A DNA stretch of 63,274 nt, counting the filler. It is 5 parts of 5 records of this genome, joined end to end, with 100 filler letters (N's around TTAATTAATTAA, not from the genome) between each part and the next. Parts side by side here need not be neighbours in the genome. Positions count along the whole stretch, not along the records: positions 1 to 7,522 come from SRR31156797_4056; positions 7,623 to 16,837 come from SRR31156797_4061; 3 more parts are not named here. One strand, 5' to 3'. Positions 1 to 10,451 of this stretch are shown here, piece by piece. A program made the position numbers and the translations under genes. The notes under the pieces were generated by a model that made no database searches, was not told the origin of the DNA, and saw only the letters and a list, made by a program, of their open reading frames with translations. How positions within the stretch are numbered: position 1 is the stretch's first letter; every line of letters starts with the position of its first letter.

Positions 1-29
1 CCCGCACCTGGAAAGTGATCAAACAATAA
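1..29 (+). CDS. 3' end of an upstream gene, probably a T9SS C-terminal-domain protein (partial)
   Basis: Reads ...RTWKVIKQ-stop (TAA 27-29). The KxxK ending is typical of Bacteroidota type A sorting domains, which often precede RHS genes. Only 8 codons visible. Confidence 0.35.
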
Positions 30-62
30 TGCATTGCTAAAAATCAAAGAAACTTATGAGCC

Positions 63-3000
63 ATGAAAAAGTTCTTACTCTCAGCCATAATCACCCTTGC
101 TATTTTTGCCGGCTACGGGCAAACCAAAGTTGATCCACAAACCGGCATCTCTTTCACCCTGGATCAGCCCCACGAACCCGACGAGAATTACGACTACACT
201 GCATCCGAGTTTGTTAAGCTCACGGGCGACTTTAGCTACGATCCCTACTCTGACGAAACCTTTCATGCGGTTACCGATCCGTTGATGGTGTTTCCACCCA
301 TGGAAGGCGAAACCGGCGGCCCACCCAATAACAACGATGGCGGCGTTGTCGGAACAATTCCAGGCAAAGCATCCGTTGGTAGTAATGGCTCAGCTAACTA
401 CCAAATACCAATTAAGGTTTTATCAGGTATTAATGGTATGGCACCAAAAATTAGCCTGGCTTATAACAGTAATGCCGGGAATGGCATTATGGGAATACGA
501 TGGAATGTTGCCGGTTTATCAGCTATTCAACGAACAGGAACTACCATCTATCACGAAGGTTTCGTAGATGGTGTTGATTTTGATAACAATGACAAACTCA
601 TGCTCAATGGTAACAGGCTCATCCCTGTTGGCGCTAACGAATACCGGACAGAGATTGAAACGTTTTCAAAAATCGTGGCAATGAATGTATCAAACGGTTG
701 GCCGCAATGGTTCAAAGTTTATACAAAGTCAGGTTACATTTATGAATATGGGAATACAGAAAATTCAAGGATAGAAGCTCCCGAAAGAGATGATGTTATA
801 TCATGGAAAGTAAACAAGATATCCGACAGAAAAGGAAATTATATCGATTTCCAGTATATTGAAGAGCACGGTATGGCAAGAATATCAGGCATTGATTATG
901 CGGATGATAGCAGTGGTGTAATAAACAGCATTGATTTTTATTATTCTGAAGAAAGGATTGATGACATTCAGTATTATTTGTCAGGTAGTGAATTTAAACT
1001 AAATGCGTTGCTTGATTCCATCCAGGTAAATTATCTGCCAACTCAAACCACCGTGCGAACTTACGTTATGAATTACGATGCCACAGGACTTAATTCCAGA
1101 TTATCTGACATCACCTTATGGGATGAAGGACGGGTACAGCATTTTAACCCGACATCATTTACCTGGGGTGAAGAATCCATCAAATTTGACCAGGAATCAA
1201 CAAATATCACAAATGAAAGCGAGGCGGATATTGTAACCGGTGACTTCAACGGTGACGGCAAAACAGATGTTGCTGCTGCCTTTTATAACCTCACTTCAGG
1301 TGCACAGCAAGAAAAAGAATACTCTACCTGGTCGGTTTATTATTCGAATAGTCCGGATGGAACATCGTTTCAAAAAGAAGATTTTGGAAATTTACCCGGC
1401 GATTTTTCTCATTTTGTTGTGATCGATTTTAATGGTGATGGACTGCAGGACCTCGTAAGAATTCAGGATTTTGAATATTACTATATGAAATCGAATGGAT
1501 TAGGGTTTTCTGATCCGCTGCATGGTGGAAATCATATTGGGAATATTGAAAATCATTGTGAGTTTGCTCCGGTCGATCTCAATGGAAATGGTATTGGTGA
1601 TTTACTCCTGATAAGTAAATCCGGCACCAAAACAACCTATAATTACAGGATAGATGCATTTGAATTTAACGGTTCTCAATTCGTTTCAATGCTGGGAAAT
1701 CAGGGATTTGTATGGAGCAATGCATCAGATGACCTCGAGGTATTGCCAGGTGATTTTAATGGAGATGGGAAAACCGAAATCCTTATTGAAACCCAAATTA
1801 ATACATGCACTATTTATAGTTTAGATGCTACAAACAGCGCATTGGAAAATGAATATGTCGATGACTTTAATATACCAATTAGTTCCATAGGAGTTAAAAC
1901 CCTTACCGGCGATATCAACGGCGATGGTATAACCGATCTTGTTACCGTAAGCAATGATGATCCGCCTGTACTTACTGTCCGTTTACTAAATGGAAAAGAT
2001 AACTGGATCGACCTTGATGCCAATATTACCTTTCCTGCAAGTAACCAATTGGAAAAGTATGACTCCTACTATAACTATATCGTATCAGATTTTAATGGAG
2101 ATAACAAAAGTGATATTTTATTGGGATATTCAAAGTTCATCCGAAAACATGCATCTGAACCATGGCAATTTGAAGGAAGGCACTGGGATTTGTATTATTC
2201 AAACGGTACAAATTTATCAGTAGATAAAAATTCCATTGGCGGACTGGCATTTCATCCTTATACTTTTGATATACGATACGCCCATTGCGATTTTAATGGT
2301 GACGGTAAAAATGATAACTTTATATTTGATGGTGGATTTTCGGGAAACAAATCCATTATTTTCTTTCATAAAAATGAGCAGGTTAACCTTATTCAAAAAA
2401 TCACCAATGGCCTTGGCACAGAAACCAAATTCAGTTACGAGCCTTTAACCAATAATGAAATTTACACAAAAGGGGACATAAATATAGATAGGGTTAAAAA
2501 CATCCAGAACACCCTGCACGTGGTGGATGCAATCTGGCAGGATGACGGGCTTGGTGGCTGGTTTAAACAAGCCTACAAATATACCGGCGCTACCTATCAT
2601 CTGGAAGGAAAAGGTTTTCTGGGATTTTCAAACATCTGGCAAAAAGATTTGTCTTCGGGCCTAACCATTTCTAGACAATCCTATCTTAATCCCTACTATT
2701 TTATTCCTTATGTTTATTACATTCAAAAAACAAGCACAACACCATCCCGATTATTATCCGAGCAACAAATCAGGTATGAGGTATACGATTATGGCAATAA
2801 ACGCATTTTTGCATATCCTGACTTTAACCAAACAAATATCTTTCGAACCGGCGATGAAGGGAATGATTATGTAAAAACAATAAGAAAAATATGCCATTAT
2901 AGTTCTGTTGATATTAACTATGGTAATATTACCTCCGATACTGTTTTGGTGGATGAATCGGATATTCATTTTGTTGGTCCAGTTTCCCAATTTGATTACT

Positions 3001-6000
3001 ACACCATCAACAATTACAATTACAACTACGAAGGCATTAACGACTGGCTGATCTCCAGACCTGAACAACAAACTGTTACTAAAAAATCACCCGATGATGA
3101 CCAGGAGTACTATCAGCAATACAACTATACTTACTATAAGCCTTACAAGCCACAATACCCTTTGCTGAAAACATTTTCATATATCCCCAATAATTTTGAT
3201 CAGTTCCGGGTGGATACAGATTTTGATTATGATGATTATGGAAATATAAAATCTGAAACCATTTCAGCGCCCAACTATACACCGTCGATAGAAGACCGTA
3301 CAACTGAATATGATTACAGTGCCGAATACAATTATCGGTTTCTTACTCAGACAACCAAAGCTGTGAATGATATTGATTTCATCCAAACGAACCAATATTA
3401 TGAAACTACGGGTTTAACAGAGAGCACAATGGATATCAATAACCAAACAACTTCTTATGCTTACGATGGTTTTGGCCGGTTGGTTAAAACGGTTCAACCC
3501 AACGGCGTAGAAACCCACAGTGTATTACGTTGGAATGTTTTTCCTGATCCAGGGCAAACTGTGTATTATCAGTGGCAAAAAACATCAGGGACCCCCGAAG
3601 TATTTTTGTTTTTGGATAAACTGGGGCGCCATCATAAAACATGGGCCAATAACTTCAACGACCAAACAGTTATTGCGGATAAATACTATTACACCGAAGG
3701 AAACATTGCCCATGGAAAACTTTATCGTGAAACCGAACCCTATTTCGCCAACGATACCCCGCTGGAGAATGAATATCAATATATTTCTACCGGCCGGTTG
3801 AAAAAACTTATTGGTCCTGCTGCTACCATAAAGTTTACCTATAATGGCAGAACCACAGTAACGGAAAACACCACAACAGGGCAGTCCAGCTCGCAAACCG
3901 TAAATGCAACAGGGCAGCTTCGACTGGCTGAAGACCCCTGTGGAACGGTAGAATACCACTATAAAAGCAGCGGACAACCTTTTGCGATCGAAAAAAACTC
4001 TGGTGGCCTGCAGTCGGCCATAGAAATTTTTTATGATGATGCCGGTTTTAAAGATTCGCTGATTGACCCGGATGCAGGTACCTTTCTTTTTGATTACAAT
4101 CCATACGGCGAATTGGTTTCGCAAATCAACGCCAGGGGATTCACCTACCAAATGCAGTACGATGCCCTGGGTAGGTTAACAGAAAAAAAACTGGTCGATC
4201 CCATGCAAATCACCACTTATTCTTACGATGGAGAAAATGCCCTGGGATTGATCTCATCAGTTACAGGCCACAACGGAATATCACAAAGTTATCAATACAA
4301 CTCCAATGTGCAGCTTATTTGTAAAACCGAAACGATTGAAGGGCATGACTATGCGTTTAATTATGATTTCGATGTATTTGGTCGGGTGAAAGAAGAATCT
4401 TGGCCTACGGGCTTTACTGTGAATTACAAATATCGCAACGGTTACCTGGGGAAAGTTGTGGATAAAGAATCCGGCAAAGTTTTGTGGGAGCTAAACGACG
4501 TGGATGCACGAAACCAGATACTGGAATTTGCGCTGGGAAATAATCTGACTACAACGCATGGGTATGATGATTTTGGATTCCCAACATCCATTACCACTTC
4601 AAACAACATCCAGGACCTTAGCTACGGGTTTGATCAGGAAACCGGCAATTTGAACTGGCGAAAAGATAAAACCGATCCGGGAAATATACTGGAAGAAGTG
4701 TTTGGATACGATGATAAACTGAAATCGAGGCTTACTTCCTGGATTGTAACCAATGGCGATTCGCACGGAATTGATTATTTAGATAACGGTAACATCGACC
4801 TGAAAACTGATGTGGGTAATTATAACTACGATACATTGGGACTAACCGGCAGGCCACATGCATTAAAGAAAATACAAAATCCGAAGGAAGGATATCTTCA
4901 ACATGGACCAACTCAAAATGTAACCTATACTCCCTTTGATAAAGTTGACCAAATTTCACACCCTACTGATCTGCGACGGCTAAGCTTTACATACGGACCT
5001 GGCAATATGCGGAAAATTACGCGCCTTTACCAAACCGATGACGCTGGTGGCGACATCCTGCTCCAAACCAAAACCTTCATTGGAGGCAATTACGAGATAG
5101 AGGAGGATGCCGAAGGCAACCAGCGGAAACTCCATTACCTTTCTGCAAGCTCCGGATTATTCGCTATTTTTGTAAAAGACAACGAAGGCGAACACATGTA
5201 CTACATCCACAAAGATTATCTTGGTTCATTCCAGTCTGTCACCAATGAAGAGGGTGAGATAGTGGAAAAGTATGCTTTTGATCCATGGGGAAGACGAAGA
5301 AACCCGAACAACTGGTCGTTCACCGATGTCCCGGAAAATTTCCTTTTCGATCGCGGTTACACCGGTCATGAACATTTGGATGATTTTGGGCTAATTAACA
5401 TGAATGGGCGAGTTTATGATCCTTTCGTTGCCCGTTTCCTTTCCCCTGATCCATTTGTAAGCAATCCTGTTAGTACCCAGGGTTTCAATCGGTATACTTA
5501 TGTTACCAATAATCCTTTTATATACACTGACCCATTTGGCTACACAAATCATCCTATATCCGCACAAGCTAATATTACAATAAATTATGCTGCATATGGT
5601 ATTCTTAATGAAATATCTGGTCCGATTGGCCCTCAGCAAGGTAATCATTGGAGCAATGAATACAATTCTTTTGGTGAAGTTGGCGATTTCTTATTTATGA
5701 GCCCAAAAGGGTTTGATAAAATGTATGGTGATGGAGCAAATCAAGTAGGTAGGCATTTATATTCAAATGACAGGAGCAGGGACTTATGGAGGCATAGTGA
5801 AATTAGTGTTGCAGAAATACTTGAATATGGCGGGGTATATTGGGATCCGATAAGTGGTGAGGAAGTTGGGCGAGAATCTTTCACCACTGGAAATGCATCA
5901 TATACTAATATTTATTATACAGGCGATTGGGTGCTTGTCGCTTTGCCCCAGAAAATAGTTACAACAAATGGGGGCATTAATGAATTAGGTTTTACAAAAG

Positions 6001-6368
6001 GAGGTGCGTTAATAGTAACGACTGGTGGTGAAAAATATCACTTTATGGAGAATGGAATATTGCATTGGCAAGATAATACAATTGCCAATTACAAATATTA
6101 TATAGAAAATAAGGAAATGTTTACTGATTCAAAGGGAAACCTTGTAAGATTTGGGGATGTTTTTAAATCGCAAAAACAGATTTATTCAGATATTCTTAGT
6201 ATTACATTAATGGATGTATTTGCAGTAGATGGTAAAGTTATTGATTACATGATTAATGTTAAATGGAGAAGCCCATATGCTCCTTTAATTCCAGGATATG
6301 TAGCTCCCAAAGATATTACAACTCCTTATGAAATTTATAGATTTATATCACCTAGTGAGTCGCCCTAA
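63..6368 (+). CDS. Secreted SpvB/TcdB-N, FG-GAP/VCBS and YD/RHS repeat protein with variable C-terminal tip
   Basis: Signal peptide MKKFLLSAIITLAIFAGYG; SpvB-like GSANYQIPIKV..GMAPKISLAYNS; many GDFNGDGKTD repeats; YDxxGR repeats; RHS core RGYTGHEHL..GLINMNGRVYDP..RFLSPDP..NRYTYVTNNP..DPFG (5529-5540). Confidence 0.93.
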   Translation: MKKFLLSAIITLAIFAGYGQTKVDPQTGISFTLDQPHEPDENYDYTASEFVKLTGDFSYDPYSDETFHAVTDPLMVFPPMEGETGGPPNNNDGGVVGTIPGKASVGSNGSANYQIPIKVLSGINGMAPKISLAYNSNAGNGIMGIRWNVAGLSAIQRTGTTIYHEGFVDGVDFDNNDKLMLNGNRLIPVGANEYRTEIETFSKIVAMNVSNGWPQWFKVYTKSGYIYEYGNTENSRIEAPERDDVISWKVNKISDRKGNYIDFQYIEEHGMARISGIDYADDSSGVINSIDFYYSEERIDDIQYYLSGSEFKLNALLDSIQVNYLPTQTTVRTYVMNYDATGLNSRLSDITLWDEGRVQHFNPTSFTWGEESIKFDQESTNITNESEADIVTGDFNGDGKTDVAAAFYNLTSGAQQEKEYSTWSVYYSNSPDGTSFQKEDFGNLPGDFSHFVVIDFNGDGLQDLVRIQDFEYYYMKSNGLGFSDPLHGGNHIGNIENHCEFAPVDLNGNGIGDLLLISKSGTKTTYNYRIDAFEFNGSQFVSMLGNQGFVWSNASDDLEVLPGDFNGDGKTEILIETQINTCTIYSLDATNSALENEYVDDFNIPISSIGVKTLTGDINGDGITDLVTVSNDDPPVLTVRLLNGKDNWIDLDANITFPASNQLEKYDSYYNYIVSDFNGDNKSDILLGYSKFIRKHASEPWQFEGRHWDLYYSNGTNLSVDKNSIGGLAFHPYTFDIRYAHCDFNGDGKNDNFIFDGGFSGNKSIIFFHKNEQVNLIQKITNGLGTETKFSYEPLTNNEIYTKGDINIDRVKNIQNTLHVVDAIWQDDGLGGWFKQAYKYTGATYHLEGKGFLGFSNIWQKDLSSGLTISRQSYLNPYYFIPYVYYIQKTSTTPSRLLSEQQIRYEVYDYGNKRIFAYPDFNQTNIFRTGDEGNDYVKTIRKICHYSSVDINYGNITSDTVLVDESDIHFVGPVSQFDYYTINNYNYNYEGINDWLISRPEQQTVTKKSPDDDQEYYQQYNYTYYKPYKPQYPLLKTFSYIPNNFDQFRVDTDFDYDDYGNIKSETISAPNYTPSIEDRTTEYDYSAEYNYRFLTQTTKAVNDIDFIQTNQYYETTGLTESTMDINNQTTSYAYDGFGRLVKTVQPNGVETHSVLRWNVFPDPGQTVYYQWQKTSGTPEVFLFLDKLGRHHKTWANNFNDQTVIADKYYYTEGNIAHGKLYRETEPYFANDTPLENEYQYISTGRLKKLIGPAATIKFTYNGRTTVTENTTTGQSSSQTVNATGQLRLAEDPCGTVEYHYKSSGQPFAIEKNSGGLQSAIEIFYDDAGFKDSLIDPDAGTFLFDYNPYGELVSQINARGFTYQMQYDALGRLTEKKLVDPMQITTYSYDGENALGLISSVTGHNGISQSYQYNSNVQLICKTETIEGHDYAFNYDFDVFGRVKEESWPTGFTVNYKYRNGYLGKVVDKESGKVLWELNDVDARNQILEFALGNNLTTTHGYDDFGFPTSITTSNNIQDLSYGFDQETGNLNWRKDKTDPGNILEEVFGYDDKLKSRLTSWIVTNGDSHGIDYLDNGNIDLKTDVGNYNYDTLGLTGRPHALKKIQNPKEGYLQHGPTQNVTYTPFDKVDQISHPTDLRRLSFTYGPGNMRKITRLYQTDDAGGDILLQTKTFIGGNYEIEEDAEGNQRKLHYLSASSGLFAIFVKDNEGEHMYYIHKDYLGSFQSVTNEEGEIVEKYAFDPWGRRRNPNNWSFTDVPENFLFDRGYTGHEHLDDFGLINMNGRVYDPFVARFLSPDPFVSNPVSTQGFNRYTYVTNNPFIYTDPFGYTNHPISAQANITINYAAYGILNEISGPIGPQQGNHWSNEYNSFGEVGDFLFMSPKGFDKMYGDGANQVGRHLYSNDRSRDLWRHSEISVAEILEYGGVYWDPISGEEVGRESFTTGNASYTNIYYTGDWVLVALPQKIVTTNGGINELGFTKGGALIVTTGGEKYHFMENGILHWQDNTIANYKYYIENKEMFTDSKGNLVRFGDVFKSQKQIYSDILSITLMDVFAVDGKVIDYMINVKWRSPYAPLIPGYVAPKDITTPYEIYRFISPSESP

Positions 6369-6399
6369 TAACCTAAAACAATGGCAAGGATAATATATA

Positions 6400-6855
6400 T
6401 TATCTATTGCTTAATTTTCTCAAAAAAATACTTGTAGTTTTTGAAGATTTGTATGGAGATTCTTTTGATAAATATATCACATTAAAATCTTCAGAAAAAG
6501 TCGCGTAATATTCTGTACTTGTGGGTAAATCATATAAAGCAAATAATTTATTTGCAATCTTAAATTCAGTAAGTATAAAATAATGGTTTGCTGACCTTTT
6601 TATGTGAGAAATCCAGACATCTCCATTATTCAAGAATAATTTACCGAAATTATTATCTGGTTTTTTAACTATTCGACCAATAAGAACATTATTTTCTTGA
6701 GTAATACTAATCCTCATTCCAGAATAAATATCTCTGCCATAAAGTTCCCACTCCCCAATAAAATTATTTTCATTTATATATTTATAATCTGAACAAGAGG
6801 ATATTATAATAGAAAGTGTGCTTAAAATATATATTATTATAAAAATATTTTTCAT
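6400..6855 (-). CDS. Hypothetical lipoprotein, candidate immunity protein
   Basis: Lipobox-like IIISSC after a hydrophobic N-terminus; AT-rich like the RHS tip; stop 31 nt from the RHS stop, convergent. Confidence 0.6.
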   Translation of the reverse strand: MKNIFIIIYILSTLSIIISSCSDYKYINENNFIGEWELYGRDIYSGMRISITQENNVLIGRIVKKPDNNFGKLFLNNGDVWISHIKRSANHYFILTEFKIANKLFALYDLPTSTEYYATFSEDFNVIYLSKESPYKSSKTTSIFLRKLSNR

Positions 6856-6862
6856 AATATAA

Positions 6863-7195
6863 TTACATAAAAGTTTGTCTGGATTTTACATTTATTACAT
6901 CCATATCAATGAAATAATAGATTTTGTCGTAAGCATTTTTAGCAAGGCTTTCAGTAACTTTAAGCCTTTTTAAAAGTTCTTTTTCTATGATGGCATTTTC
7001 AAAACAGTCAAACAAATAATTTAGAGTAATACTAAGTGAATATGCAATATTTTTTGCAGTCTTAATAGATAGCATATTCTCAATGTGGCCATGTCTTTCG
7101 ATAATTAGTGCATAACTTCCAACCTTTTTTACTAACTCGCCCAGAGTCCACTTTAGCTTTTTTCTTAATGATGGGATACCCTCTCCAAAAGTCAT
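6863..7195 (-). CDS. XRE-family HTH regulator, possibly decaying
   Basis: MTFGE..LRKKLKWTLGELVKKVG..SIKTAKNIAYSLSITLNYL resembles the XRE regulators common beside Bacteroidota RHS loci; several usual HTH residues are altered. Confidence 0.65.
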   Translation of the reverse strand: MTFGEGIPSLRKKLKWTLGELVKKVGSYALIIERHGHIENMLSIKTAKNIAYSLSITLNYLFDCFENAIIEKELLKRLKVTESLAKNAYDKIYYFIDMDVINVKSRQTFM

Positions 7196-7358
7196 AAATA
7201 ATTGATTTTTGTACCTATAAAAAACAAATCAGGACAAAAATAAGATACTTATTTATACTATTCAAACAAACTAGCGCGAAATTTTACCAAAAACATCCCC
7301 TCAGGGCAATCCGCGGGTATAAAAACCAAGAGTTACCATTGGTCACCTAGTTCTAATT

Positions 7359-7522
7359 AACCGATAATTCTGAAGTCAACATCCTGCACCAAACAAAAAA
7401 CTTCATTGGCGACAACTACGAGATACAGAAAGATGCCGACGATAACTTACGAAAACTCCACTACCTTTCTGCTCGCTCCGGATTATCCACCTGAAGTCGG
7501 ACAAGTTTCGCTATTTTTGTGC
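7359..7522 (+). pseudogene. Degenerate orphan RHS-core fragment, a diverged copy of ~5033-5173
   Basis: Translates NILHQTKNFIGDNYEIQKDADDNLRKLHYLSARSGL..FAIFV versus DILLQTKTFIGGNYEIEEDAEGNQRKLHYLSASSGLFAIFV in the main gene; a 21-nt insertion (7486-7506) adds TGA at 7492-7494. Confidence 0.85.
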
Positions 7523-7622
7523 NNNNNNNNNNNNNNNNNNNNNNNNNNNNNNNNNNNNNNNNNNNNTTAATTAATTAANNNNNNNNNNNNNNNNNNNNNN
7601 NNNNNNNNNNNNNNNNNNNNNN
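7523..7622. other. Artificial contig-joining spacer
   Basis: 44 N + TTAATTAATTAA (stops in all six frames) + 44 N. Confidence 0.97.
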
Positions 7623-8245
7623 TTTAGTTCATCCCATGTTGTTGGAACTTCTAGGTCATTTGCTTCAAAGAATGTCTTGTTGTAATATAGTACTTCAGTT
7701 GATTTGTTGCATGGTAGAGAATAGAACTTACCATCAGGATATGATGAGTTTTCGATTCTGTAACCTCCTAGGATATCTTCCCAGTCCTCTACACCGTAAT
7801 CTTCATCGAAGATGTATTGGTCTAGTTGAACAACTTGCTCAGATTGAGTATAGATGATGATGTTGTTACCATATGCTTGAGCCATATTTGGTGCGTCATC
7901 AGCTTGTAGTGCTGCCATAACTTTAGCGTGTGTATCGCTATAACCGCCTTGATATGTTGGAACTACTGTAATACCATATTCGTTTGACTCGTTGAACATA
8001 GCACAAACTTCTTCCAAAGTTTCACCTAGTCCACTGCCCATTGCATGCCAGAAATGAATCTCTAGACCTTCAGAAATTGTTACTTTTTCCTCTACAGGAG
8101 CCTCTGTTGCTTCTTCAGTTGCCTCTTCTGTTGGAGCTTCTGTTGCTTCTGCTACTATAGGTTCTTCATTTTTTTCACAGCCAGCGAATATTGAGAATGC
8201 TGCTGCGATAACCATAACTACTAAAAATAATCTTTTAGCTTTCAT
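7623..8245 (-). CDS. ABC transporter solute-binding lipoprotein (sugar/glycerol-3-phosphate, UgpB-like), 3'-truncated
   Basis: Lipobox IFAGC; EATEAPTEE linker; IHFWHAM, YQGGY, YSLPCNKSTEVLYYNK, VPTTWDEL family-1 SBP motifs. Confidence 0.88.
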
Positions 8246-8296
8246 AGATTCCTCCGAAAATTTATTATAATAACCGATAAAAATCGGATATTGACC

Positions 8297-9154
8297 TTAT
8301 CCCTTTATACCGCCCTGTGCTACTCCCTCTAGGATATATTTGTTTGTGAAAATATATAGAATAACAAGCGGTAAAACTACGATCGTTCCTGCTGCCATCA
8401 GCAAATGAAAATCCGTACCAGCTTCAGAACTAAAATATTTCAATCCAATTGCCAATACTCTCTTTTTGACCGAATCAGTAATCAGCAGCGGCCAGATGTA
8501 TGCATTCCATGATGCAATCCAGTTAAACAGTGCAATAGTTATCAGTGCATTCTTTGTATTTGGCACCATAATGCGCCATAGATATATCCAGTCATTACAT
8601 CCGTCTACCTTTGACGCATAATAAAACTCATCAGGAATTCCTACGAAAAACTGTCTTAATAAATAAATATAAAATCCACTAGCTGTATATGGGATAATAA
8701 GTGCCCACAATGTATCCTTTAGATGCAAGTCAACAGCTACTGTTTTGTAGTTTGTTATAATAAGTAATTGGCTGGGTATCATCAGCGTTGCCAAGAGCAG
8801 TATGAACAAAAACTTTTGACCCCTGAATTTCAATCTTGCGAATGCAAACGCTGCTAGTATTGTTGTAAACAATGTAAATATAGTATTTGCAAAGCTAACA
8901 ATTACTGTATTTACAAAGAAAATATCAAAAGGGGCAAATTCCAATGCTTCAATATAATTGTGCCACTGTACAGTCTTTGGCCACCAAACTATTGGATTTG
9001 CAGTTATTTCGTTGTATGTCTTTAGCGAGCCAGTAATCATCCAAAAGAATGGAAACAGCATAATAACCGCTAGTACTAAAAGCAATATATATGTAGGTAT
9101 ACTCAGTATATTTTTTCTAATCTTGTGTAAACTTCTTTTTTTTGACGTACTCAA
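8297..9154 (-). CDS. Carbohydrate ABC transporter permease (UgpE/MalG-like)
   Basis: FPFFWMITGSLK, AAFAFARLKFRG, EAA-like loop ASKVDGC, WNAYIWPLLI. Confidence 0.92.
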   Translation of the reverse strand: MSTSKKRSLHKIRKNILSIPTYILLLVLAVIMLFPFFWMITGSLKTYNEITANPIVWWPKTVQWHNYIEALEFAPFDIFFVNTVIVSFANTIFTLFTTILAAFAFARLKFRGQKFLFILLLATLMIPSQLLIITNYKTVAVDLHLKDTLWALIIPYTASGFYIYLLRQFFVGIPDEFYYASKVDGCNDWIYLWRIMVPNTKNALITIALFNWIASWNAYIWPLLITDSVKKRVLAIGLKYFSSEAGTDFHLLMAAGTIVVLPLVILYIFTNKYILEGVAQGGIKG

Positions 9155-9184
9155 TTTTTCTCCCCTTTTATATGCTTATCTATT

Positions 9185-10084
9185 CTAAACATTTCTTTGT
9201 AACAACTTCTGCTGAATTAGTGTAATTATCAATATAGCTAAGAAAAGCAAAACACTTGCGGCAGACGCTACTACCGGATTATTAGCATTGTAGAATCTAT
9301 CATAAACATAGTATACAATTGTCATGGCGGAATTAGCCGGACCTGCATCCTGAAATAGACCTACAACCTCAACATACGTCTTCAAAGCACCAATAACAGA
9401 TATTATTAGCACGTATGCAATAACAGGAAGAAGCAAAGGTACCGTAACATTGACAAAAATCTGCCACGGATTTGCTCCGTCTACTTGTGCAGCCTCAATA
9501 TTCTGCTTATCTATATTCTGTAGACCAGCTAGGAAAACAACTATCTTAAAGGCTAGTCCAGCCCAGATACCAAATATCATAAGTGCAGGCAGTGAGTAGT
9601 CTGCATTATTTAGCCACTGAATTGGCTCAGCACCAAACTTAGTCATAATTATATTTAATAATCCATATTGTGAGTGAAATAAAAATCTGAAAGAAAGACC
9701 AATAGCAATCAAGTTAGTAACATATGGAATAAAGTAAATGCTTTGGAATACTCGCCAGCCCTTTATCTTTGAATTAAGAAGAACTGCAATAAATAGAGAA
9801 ATTGCAATAGAGATTGGAACAGTAACTATTGTATAGTTAATTGTATTCATTACTGACAGTCTGAACTTACTATCGCTAATTACCCTAAAATATGATTTTA
9901 ATCCAAATCCAGTGCCGGTTTGCTTAAAAATATTAAATTCTGTAAAGAAACTGACATAAACCGAGCGTATCATAGGATATATCACAAAAACAGTAATAAT
10001 CAAAAAAGCTGGCAGCAAATATAAATATGCCTTAGGTGAATAATTAGTCCTGAACTTTCGTACTTTTGTTTTATTTTGTTCCAT
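9185..10084 (-). CDS. Carbohydrate ABC transporter permease (UgpA/MalF-like)
   Basis: YLYLLPA..IYPMIRS; FLAGLQNID..EAAQVDGA EAA loop. Confidence 0.92.
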   Translation of the reverse strand: MEQNKTKVRKFRTNYSPKAYLYLLPAFLIITVFVIYPMIRSVYVSFFTEFNIFKQTGTGFGLKSYFRVISDSKFRLSVMNTINYTIVTVPISIAISLFIAVLLNSKIKGWRVFQSIYFIPYVTNLIAIGLSFRFLFHSQYGLLNIIMTKFGAEPIQWLNNADYSLPALMIFGIWAGLAFKIVVFLAGLQNIDKQNIEAAQVDGANPWQIFVNVTVPLLLPVIAYVLIISVIGALKTYVEVVGLFQDAGPANSAMTIVYYVYDRFYNANNPVVASAASVLLFLAILIITLIQQKLLQRNV

Positions 10085-10317
10085 TATTATTCCTTATTAA
10101 TCTGTATTCTTGGCTTGATTACTGATAAATAAATATCTTAACACTCTTATAATAGTGCATATTTTAACAAATTTCAACGAAATTTTCGTCAAACAGCCTG
10201 TTTTAATACACACCATTACTTCGTGATGTTATCATTATTTTGTAATGCAGAGTGATAATTGATATTAATTTTAGGTTAAACGATACAGCAAAATCGATAT
10301 AAGTTCATAAATTTTTG

Positions 10318-10326
10318 TGATATAAT
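10318..10326 (+). promoter_or_regulatory. Extended -10 promoter element (TGnTATAAT) for the yjdF leader
   Basis: TGATATAAT about 7 nt upstream of the riboswitch. Confidence 0.55.
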
Positions 10327-10332
10327 TAACTA

Positions 10333-10418
10333 TGCAGAGGATAAAAACACGATTCGGTTGGTAGTCCGGATGCGGGTATAGCCCGTCAGTAACCTGCCCT
10401 CCTGGGGTTGTCCGTTCC
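10333..10418 (+). ncRNA. yjdF riboswitch (azaaromatic-sensing motif)
   Basis: GATAAAAACAC..GGTTGGTAGTCC..CGTCAGTAACCTGCCCTCC..GGGGTTGTCC matches the yjdF RNA consensus as I recall it and lies in the 5' UTR of a YjdF-family gene. Boundaries approximate. Confidence 0.85.
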
Positions 10419-10451
10419 TAAAATGCTTTTATATTACAGGAGGAATACATA

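Noticed and set aside
3585-4151. 188-aa antisense ORF and the many other short nested ORFs in the track
   Set aside because: They lie within well-supported genes on the opposite strand or another frame and show no family motifs.
7567-7578. TTAATTAATTAA palindrome recurring four times
   Set aside because: Always embedded in 44-N flanks; it is a synthetic six-frame-stop linker, not a biological repeat.
8095-8155. Short DNA repeats in the solute-binding protein gene
   Set aside because: They encode the ordinary EATEAP low-complexity lipoprotein linker.
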